Positions 31,657 to 38,336 of a stretch of 64,000 bases of DNA are shown here, in pieces (position 1 is the first letter of the stretch; each line of letters begins with the position of its first letter). Under the pieces are notes generated by a model. That model was given only the letters and a program-made list of their open reading frames with translations, was not told the origin of the DNA and made no database searches. A program made the position numbers and the translations under genes. Origin of the DNA: Lachnospiraceae bacterium (GTDB lineage: Bacteria; Bacillota; Clostridia; Lachnospirales; Lachnospiraceae); NCBI GenBank assembly GCA_017469405.1, contig JAFUGL010000023.1, forward strand, positions 1,111 to 65,110. The letters run 5' to 3'.

Positions 31657-34188
31657 TTATTCATCAAATGAATCCAGTATTCTTTTCATCAATTTTTCAA
31701 CATCCACCACTAAAGCAAAACATTGTTCAGCGTCTACTTTTTTTAATTCATTTGTATGAGCCGATGGATTTCGGTAATCCTTTCGAACTTCTTCAATAGA
31801 TTCGGCATAGTCATGCAATATATCCATTATTTCATCATCTGTCTTACCAGATAATAATTTTTCTCTTGAATACTCAATAAGTTTTTCTTTATTATTCTCT
31901 TCTCGAGACTCAGTTAAATCGTCTGCCTTTAAATAACACAGTACATATGCTACAGATCCAAGTGTAAAGTGCTTTGGTCTTATTGGTTTCCCATATTGAT
32001 CAATCAATGGAGTTGGAAACAGTGCGTAATTAGATCTTCCCGGGTATTTTATTCTCAGAAAAGATAAGTAATTCCTACAAAATCTTTTACTTATCTCTAC
32101 TTCAAGTGCTTTTGTTACCAGTAAACAGACGCCCGAATAATCAACTATATCTTCAAGCCCTTCTAAATTATTAAATATCACCTTTGATGACACCAAAAAA
32201 GTTCTTGATGATTCATCCATTTTGTTCCAAGCATCTTCCCCAAATGATATAATTAGTTTATTGAGTTCTATATTATACTCTTTTTCAGAATTCTTCGTTC
32301 CAACTTCTCTAATAATACGTTCAGCACATTCTTCAGAAAATGCATGAATAATCCTCTCTTCCTCTTCTGGCGTTATCGCCAATTCCAACTGTTTTTCCAC
32401 AAGCGACTGATATCCTAATATCTGCTTTGATAATACCTCTATTTTTTCTGTAAGATTATCAACCTTGTCTTCAATACGATATGTAGAAGCTTTGATTTCC
32501 TCAATACCTCTTAGAATTAATTCCATCGTAGTTCTATCTGCAATTGATGATTCATTTATATTTTCCTTTTCAATAGAAATTATTTCTTTGTCGCTTTTCT
32601 CCTTCTTTATGACTTTATTTAAAATTTGTTTCTTACCCGGTCTTGGTAACTCCGGAATTTGTTTGAGTGTACCGTCAATATATTCATAAATATAATCATC
32701 GACAAAAAGATATAGACTTAATTCACCTATGTTTTGCTTAATTGCAAAGAGCTGCCTTGATAAATAGCTGTTATTCTCAATCTGCGATGATTCATAAGTT
32801 TTAACTTCTACTATACCCTTTAATTTTCCATTCTCCCATAATGCGAGATCATATTTAAACCCATTATTAACATATCCTTCCTCAACATACCATCCTAATT
32901 CCTTGAAAAGAAAAGCCACTTTAGCCTCCAAATCAGCTGCATTATCTATACGTTCTGCTGTCTTCATCAACTTAATATCAGGAACATACAAATCAATAAG
33001 TCCTCTTATAGATATGTTATTAAAAAAGCTTCCATGATTCATGAATCTAAGCTGAGTTTCTATCGCATCAATGCCGGTATGAGTGCTAAAAAAGAGCTGA
33101 AGCCATTCTTCATATTCCTGCTTACCACGTATTATTGAAACATAATGATTTGCAATGGCAAAGTCCTCTTCTCCATGATATACAGCCCAATCTTTTCTGC
33201 CAATTGTAGAAATTAAGATATCACCTTTTTTCAGTATGCACTGTTCTGCTCTATTATTAGAAGAAACAAAATCCGCATTACAATACACATTTATATCATC
33301 ATCAAAATGCAACTTTCCCCCACTAATGTTCTGTGGCTTTATAATGATATATTCACCATGATTCTTTCTCTCCTCCGCCGGAATCATATAACCTTTAAAT
33401 ATATCTGCTATATCTCCGAGCTTAACTGTATCTCTTCTTTGTATTAATTCTCTTATTTCTTTATATTTCGGATCATAATAATATGCATCAAAGCGGTCAT
33501 ATACTTCTTCCGCCGCTACATAAAAACCACTCCGACCATTTTTGTATCCCTCATACAGAATTTCAATTTTTTCTTCTGCAAGACTCATAAATATTTTTCC
33601 ACTCTGAGCCTTATTGCGCACAATAATAATTGAACACTGTGTCCCTGTCCAAAGACTAATTCTGCTCAGTGTAAAAACGGCTTCTAAAGAATAATCACAT
33701 AATATTTTTTCACGCATTTCACGAAAAGCAGGTTCTGTCAGTATTTTTTGTGGAACAATAATTATTGCACTTCCATTCTCTGCTAACAGTTTCAAGCTCT
33801 TCTCTATATAAATCACCTCTGAATAACCCTGCTTTGTTCTAACGCCCATAGGCGGAAACAGGATTATTGATGAGTATTGCCTAACGATATCCGCCTTCAA
33901 ATAATCTTCCGTTATTATATTTATATCATCAAAAAATGCACACTCTTCAATCGTTTCTCTTGTTTCAGGAAATACCGAATATGCGTCTGATTTTTCAGCA
34001 CATAGCGCCAATTCTCCCATCCCAACATTTGGGATTAAGCTTCTATCACTCTGAAAATCTCTGTTTAACAAATATAAAAATTTGAGAACCTCTTTTTCTG
34101 TAATGAAAACGCCCATACTCCGATCCATCTTTTTTGTTGCTATACTTTCGAACTTGTTGTATTTCTGTTCAAAATTGTCTGCACTCAT
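31657..34188 (-). CDS. Fusion: N6-adenine MTase-like domain, type I S-like TRD, PD-(D/E)xK domain, coiled coil, HEPN-like domain
   Basis: GVFIT (motif X), IPNVGMG (motif I), ILFPPMG (motif IV variant), KLGDIADI...KGDILIS (TRD), YDLAL..IVEVK, RNPSAH. Confidence 0.72.
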   Translation of the reverse strand: MSADNFEQKYNKFESIATKKMDRSMGVFITEKEVLKFLYLLNRDFQSDRSLIPNVGMGELALCAEKSDAYSVFPETRETIEECAFFDDINIITEDYLKADIVRQYSSIILFPPMGVRTKQGYSEVIYIEKSLKLLAENGSAIIIVPQKILTEPAFREMREKILCDYSLEAVFTLSRISLWTGTQCSIIIVRNKAQSGKIFMSLAEEKIEILYEGYKNGRSGFYVAAEEVYDRFDAYYYDPKYKEIRELIQRRDTVKLGDIADIFKGYMIPAEERKNHGEYIIIKPQNISGGKLHFDDDINVYCNADFVSSNNRAEQCILKKGDILISTIGRKDWAVYHGEEDFAIANHYVSIIRGKQEYEEWLQLFFSTHTGIDAIETQLRFMNHGSFFNNISIRGLIDLYVPDIKLMKTAERIDNAADLEAKVAFLFKELGWYVEEGYVNNGFKYDLALWENGKLKGIVEVKTYESSQIENNSYLSRQLFAIKQNIGELSLYLFVDDYIYEYIDGTLKQIPELPRPGKKQILNKVIKKEKSDKEIISIEKENINESSIADRTTMELILRGIEEIKASTYRIEDKVDNLTEKIEVLSKQILGYQSLVEKQLELAITPEEEERIIHAFSEECAERIIREVGTKNSEKEYNIELNKLIISFGEDAWNKMDESSRTFLVSSKVIFNNLEGLEDIVDYSGVCLLVTKALEVEISKRFCRNYLSFLRIKYPGRSNYALFPTPLIDQYGKPIRPKHFTLGSVAYVLCYLKADDLTESREENNKEKLIEYSREKLLSGKTDDEIMDILHDYAESIEEVRKDYRNPSAHTNELKKVDAEQCFALVVDVEKLMKRILDSFDE

Positions 34189-34199
34189 ATTAGCACCTC

Positions 34200-34440
34200 C
34201 TAAACAACCGCTCTCTCAAAGTAAAATTCATAAATATCATCAATATCCCTATATGCACTATAATAATACATTACTTCATATTTATCCATGATATTTCTCA
34301 TTCAGCTTATTCATTGCAACATACAACGGGATAAGCTGAGCTCCTTCTTTGACTTCTTTTTCAGCCTCAAATATTGCCTGATCAGTTTTGTTTATCTGAG
34401 AAAACTTCTCATAAAACTTTGCACACCCATAAAATCTCAT
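34200..34440 (-). pseudogene. Remnant duplicate of the Phd 3' half and RelE 5' end (two short open frames: 34282-34440 and 34200-34289)
   Basis: 34229-34424 aligns without gaps to 36759-36954. Translations: ...FYEKFSQINKTDQAIFEAEKEVKEGAQ... and MDKYEVMYYYSAYRDIDDIYE... Confidence 0.88.
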
Positions 34441-34447
34441 TTCCATC

Positions 34448-35059
34448 TCAATACACTTCCTTATCCCTGCGCTTATTTACCGTAGGCTGCAACATGTTTA
34501 TCTTCTTAAAACACGGGCAATCCTCATCATGGTCATTGATAATCCCGCAAGCCTGTAGATGTGAATAGATTGTTACCTCTCCCACATACTTAAAGCCCCT
34601 CTTCTTCAGATCTTTACTAATCCGCTTTGACAACCCGTTGCTGACAGGAATCTTCCCACCGGCTTTATTATGCCCATTGTACAAAATCGTCTTGTTGTCG
34701 GAGTATTCCCAAATATAATCACAAAAACTTCCGAATTCATCCCGAATTTTCTGAAAGCATTTAGCATTATTGATGACCGCCGCCACCTTCCTTGGAGATC
34801 TGATCATATCCTCTGTAGCAAGAATTCTCCGTATATCATCCTCGCCATACTCTGCAATCTTATCATAATCAAATCCATCAAAACACGAGCGGAAAATCTC
34901 CCGTTTCTTCAGCATCAGATCCCATGACAGACCGCACTGCATACACTCCAATATCAGATGCTCAAACATCTTTCTGTCATCATGGACAGGAACGCCCCAC
35001 TCACTATCATGGTAAACCTTATTACGTTCATTGGTATCAGCCCATACGCAATAACCCAT
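34448..35059 (-). CDS. tag: DNA-3-methyladenine glycosylase I
   Basis: YHDSEWGVP, LECMQCGLSW, IRSPRKV, LKKRGFKYVG, GIINDH. Confidence 0.93.
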   Translation of the reverse strand: MGYCVWADTNERNKVYHDSEWGVPVHDDRKMFEHLILECMQCGLSWDLMLKKREIFRSCFDGFDYDKIAEYGEDDIRRILATEDMIRSPRKVAAVINNAKCFQKIRDEFGSFCDYIWEYSDNKTILYNGHNKAGGKIPVSNGLSKRISKDLKKRGFKYVGEVTIYSHLQACGIINDHDEDCPCFKKINMLQPTVNKRRDKEVY

Positions 35060-35064
35060 ACATA

Positions 35065-36159
35065 TCACTCCTCAAAAAAATCTTTTATCTCCTGCATCCT
35101 GCTCATCTGATCCACTCCAAACATGCAACGACTGTTACAATGTCCACAGCGGATGCAATCGCCCGCTTTATTGTCCAGTGCACGATAATGTTCCATCGCC
35201 ATATCATCTCCGATTTTTGCCAAATCGTAGAACTTATTGATCATGCCGATATCCAGCCCTACAGGACAAGGCTTACAATGGTTACAATATACGCACTTTC
35301 CATTTGCCTCCGGTGGAGCGAAGCTTCCGATGATGCTGTAATCCAGTTCTTCCTCGCTTAGCTCATAAAACTTCAGCAAATGTTCAATCTCCTCAACACT
35401 CTGTGCTCCCGGCAGGACAGTGAGGATTCCGGGCTTGTCTAAAGCGTATTTTATACACTGGTACTGCGTCAATGCCTTACCGAAAGGAGAAGTCTTTGCA
35501 GACAAAAGCTGTCCGCCCGAAAATGGCTTCATCACCGATATCCCTATCCCCAGCTTCTCACATCTCTTATACACATCCGCCCTCTCATCCACGCCGCCAT
35601 AAGCATAATCTCCATGATTATAGTCATACGCCGGATTTACAGAGAACATAAGCATATCAATCAAATCAGTATCGATAATCTCCTGTATCACGGAAGGTGT
35701 ATGTGAAGAAGCTCCTATATGCTTCACAACTCCCTGTTCTTTCATCCCCAGAAGATAATCAAGAACTCCATTTTTTTGATACTTCTTCCAGTCCGAACTT
35801 TCATCCTGACAGTGAATGAAACCATAATCTATATAGTCCGTCTTCAGATCATGCAGCTGCTTGTCAACAGATCTTTTAATCGTGTCAAGATTAAGTGTCC
35901 ACCCATAGGCTCCTTTGGAATAATCCGCTCCAAAATGTATCTGATACATCACCTGATCGCGTACATCAAAAAGAGCTTCTCCAAATATACCAAATGCACT
36001 GCCGTCACCGGCAGCAAGATCAAAATAATTGATTCCATTCTCATATGCATAGCGCACGGTCTTGACAGCTTCACTATAATCTGTCTCTCCGATATAAGCA
36101 GTCCCCATACCAATCTCGCTGATTTTATCTTTTGTGCGTTTGTTTGTTCTGTATTTCAT
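35065..36159 (-). CDS. Aldo/keto reductase with C-terminal 4Fe-4S domain
   Basis: NYFDLA, DYIDYGFIH, VMKPFSGG, CVYCNHCKPCP and CIRCGHCNSRC. Confidence 0.92.
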   Translation of the reverse strand: MKYRTNKRTKDKISEIGMGTAYIGETDYSEAVKTVRYAYENGINYFDLAAGDGSAFGIFGEALFDVRDQVMYQIHFGADYSKGAYGWTLNLDTIKRSVDKQLHDLKTDYIDYGFIHCQDESSDWKKYQKNGVLDYLLGMKEQGVVKHIGASSHTPSVIQEIIDTDLIDMLMFSVNPAYDYNHGDYAYGGVDERADVYKRCEKLGIGISVMKPFSGGQLLSAKTSPFGKALTQYQCIKYALDKPGILTVLPGAQSVEEIEHLLKFYELSEEELDYSIIGSFAPPEANGKCVYCNHCKPCPVGLDIGMINKFYDLAKIGDDMAMEHYRALDNKAGDCIRCGHCNSRCMFGVDQMSRMQEIKDFFEE

Positions 36160-36194
36160 GTTTTTATGGTTGCTCCTTTCTCTTACGTGATTTT

Positions 36195-36244
36195 TCTTGA
36201 ATATAAAATATATTTGTATTTCCGAATTTTAGTTTTGTAAACAT
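36195..36244 (-). pseudogene. 5' fragment duplicate of the MBL-fold gene
   Basis: MFTKLKFGNTNIFYIQ vs MLTKLKYGNTNTFLIQ (37854-37903); 42/50 nt identical by my count. Confidence 0.8.
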
Positions 36245-36246
36245 AA

Positions 36247-36392
36247 CATAAAAGGCAGGTCATTGTTCCGACCTGCCTCTTCTTAGTTGGGAATCTATAC
36301 CCTAAAAACATTTGTTAGGGCTTTTAGCCCTATTCTTCTTTGTTGGTAGTCTATACCCATAATTCTCAAGCAGAGCATCTTGCTCTTTTCTT
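36247..36392 (-). ncRNA. Candidate ~145-nt sRNA built of two ~56-nt repeat units plus a terminator
   Basis: Own promoter, two hairpins with compensatory changes, two 25-bp boxes (22/25 identical), terminator AGGCAGGTC/GACCTGCCT + T run; no ORF. Confidence 0.55.
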
Positions 36393-36398
36393 GGTCTG

Positions 36399-36427
36399 AT
36401 TATAACATATTGAATTAATAGACACAA
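36399..36427 (-). promoter_or_regulatory. Sigma-A promoter for the candidate sRNA
   Basis: TTGTGT-17 bp-TATAAT with an extended -10 TG. Confidence 0.6.
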
Positions 36428-36516
36428 TAAAACTATATTAGCTTTTGTACGATTTATTAATTTTAGCAGTCATTGATAAAAAGATTACAATACCGTATAC
36501 TACGTTATTCCAGATA

Positions 36517-36819
36517 TTATATATTTCTACCTTGATATTGTACAGTGACTACATACACAATCTTCTTCTCCCTATCTATCTTAAATATGGCAAGATAGTT
36601 ATCAATAAGAATCTGTTTATATCCTTTTTCTGCATATCTTCCAACCAACCTGTCTTGATGAGATTCAGGAAATATATCTAATGACCGAATAGCAGCCCAT
36701 ATTCTATCTGTCTGTCCTTTGGCATTTTCCGGTGCATTTTTTTCCAAAGCAATATAGGCATAAATATCATCAATATCTCTATATGCCCTTGGATATAACA
36801 TTACTTCATATTTATCCAT
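36517..36819 (-). CDS. RelE/ParE family toxin
   Basis: RAYRDIDDIY, SLDIFPE, YKQILIDNYLAIF; overlaps the antitoxin stop. Confidence 0.9.
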   Translation of the reverse strand: MDKYEVMLYPRAYRDIDDIYAYIALEKNAPENAKGQTDRIWAAIRSLDIFPESHQDRLVGRYAEKGYKQILIDNYLAIFKIDREKKIVYVVTVQYQGRNI

Positions 36820-37075
36820 AGTATTTCTCGTTCAGCCTGTTCATAGCAACATCTAACGGTATAGGCTGAGCCCCTTCTTCAACTTCTTTTTCAGCTTCAT
36901 ATATAGCCTGATCAATTTTGTTTATCTGAGCAAACTTCTCATACAACTCCGCACTCATAACTACCAAATCACTGTAACCGTTCTTTGTAATAAAAATAGG
37001 TTCCTGCTTCTTGTGTGCTAATTCAGATATATCACTTGTGTTTCTTAAATCTCTAATCGGCATAATTGTTGGCAT
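36812..37075 (-). CDS. Phd/YefM family antitoxin
   Basis: IMPIRDLRN, EPIFITKNG, VVMSAELYE. Start MPTIMP after GGAGGTG. Confidence 0.92.
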   Translation of the reverse strand: MPTIMPIRDLRNTSDISELAHKKQEPIFITKNGYSDLVVMSAELYEKFAQINKIDQAIYEAEKEVEEGAQPIPLDVAMNRLNEKYYG

Positions 37076-37095
37076 AATCAACACCTCCTCTATTT

Positions 37096-37132
37096 GCAGC
37101 ATCATTATAGCATAATTATGCTGCGCTGTAAA
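37096..37132 (-). promoter_or_regulatory. TA promoter with palindromic operator
   Basis: TTTACA-17-TATAAT overlapping the palindrome AGCATAATTATGCT. Confidence 0.7.
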
Positions 37133-37206
37133 TAAAAAACGTAAACGTAAAGCCGTAAAGTGAACGTAAAGTGAATTTTTAAATCGTAAAGTGAATTTTT
37201 ACCATC

Positions 37207-37252
37207 ATGCGCCACAAATTTAAAAATTTTCAAGATTTGTGGCGCATTTTTT
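37207..37252. terminator. Hairpin terminator after the MBL gene
   Basis: ATGCGCCACAAAT...ATTTGTGGCGCAT 13-bp arms. Confidence 0.65.
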
Positions 37253-37315
37253 AATAACCATATGATTCAGTTATTCGAAAGTCTTTCCACGTTTTCCGAA
37301 TATCCTTCAACGATT

Positions 37316-37903
37316 TTATATAAACCTCTTCTCATTTGCATGAGCATAATATACTACCTTAGGCTTGCATGACATAACCTTGTCCCAATCTTTGGCAAGC
37401 TCTTTGTTATCATCATAAGCCGCAAGAAATGCAAGCGGTTCCAAATCTCCCACAATGCATATCCTCTCATCAAGAACAACCGACACACTATCCACACTAT
37501 GGCTCGGAGTCCGGATAATCTCTCCGTCTATACCTAGCTTACCAAGAAATGCTCTGCTCTCCTCAAAGGAAAGCAAAACCGCCGCACTCTCATCTATCGG
37601 CTTGTATCTAAGTCCCGGTTCCCTTGCAAATATCTCATCGGAATAATGAACCGCTCCTGCTTGTGATTCCATAAGAATCAGTCCCACTCCCTGCTCCATA
37701 AGCTCACTTACCAGCCCGATATGATCAGGATGATAATGTGTAGCAAGAACGTAGTCGATATCCTTTACAGTTATACCATACTCTTTTATGCTTCGGTAGA
37801 ACATAGAAAGCGTACCGGCATAATCGGTATCGATTAGAATATTTCCGGATTCGCCTTGGATTAAAAATGTATTTGTATTTCCGTATTTTAGTTTGGTAAG
37901 CAT
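37316..37903 (-). CDS. MBL-fold metallo-hydrolase
   Basis: THYHPDHIG (HxHxDH), TPSHS, VGD, YAHAN. Confidence 0.88.
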   Translation of the reverse strand: MLTKLKYGNTNTFLIQGESGNILIDTDYAGTLSMFYRSIKEYGITVKDIDYVLATHYHPDHIGLVSELMEQGVGLILMESQAGAVHYSDEIFAREPGLRYKPIDESAAVLLSFEESRAFLGKLGIDGEIIRTPSHSVDSVSVVLDERICIVGDLEPLAFLAAYDDNKELAKDWDKVMSCKPKVVYYAHANEKRFI

Positions 37904-37943
37904 GGGTTGGTCTCCTGTGTGAGATCTCAATTTAAAATTCTCA

Positions 37944-38336
37944 TCACCTAATCTTATCAATAAGCGTAATATCCGCCGGAAGCCATTCAACATTATCCAG
38001 TTCAGACTTTCTTAGCCACCTTGCAGCTTCATGTTCCTTCAAAACCAAATCGCCTTTTATTATTTCACACCAAAAGCAATCCATAGATAAATGAAATGTA
38101 GGATAGTCATATTCAATGGTATCAATTAACTCCCCAACCTCAATATCAGTATCTAATTCCTCTTTAATCTCGCGAATTAAGGCTTCTTGAGGAGTCTCTC
38201 CATCTTCGATTTTTCCTCCAGGGAATTCCCAACCGCCTTTTAAATCACCATAACCTCGCTGGGTTGCAAATATAATAGGTTCGTTATTTTCGTTCTTAGC
38301 TTTGATTACAGCTGCAACAACCCTTATTGTTTTCAT
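37944..38336 (-). CDS. NUDIX hydrolase (MutT-like)
   Basis: GGKIEDGETPQEALIREIKEEL Nudix box; overlaps the helicase stop. Confidence 0.93.
   Translation of the reverse strand: MKTIRVVAAVIKAKNENNEPIIFATQRGYGDLKGGWEFPGGKIEDGETPQEALIREIKEELDTDIEVGELIDTIEYDYPTFHLSMDCFWCEIIKGDLVLKEHEAARWLRKSELDNVEWLPADITLIDKIR

Noticed and set aside
36278-36358. Two 25-bp repeats with a 31-bp spacer as a CRISPR mini-array
   Set aside because: Only two units, the 'spacer' is itself a homologous hairpin, and there are no cas genes. Better explained as a structured RNA.
37135-37203. CGTAAAGTGAA repeated three times upstream of the TA promoter
   Set aside because: Short and irregular, with no ORF or structure; the TA operator is better explained by the palindrome at 37109-37122.
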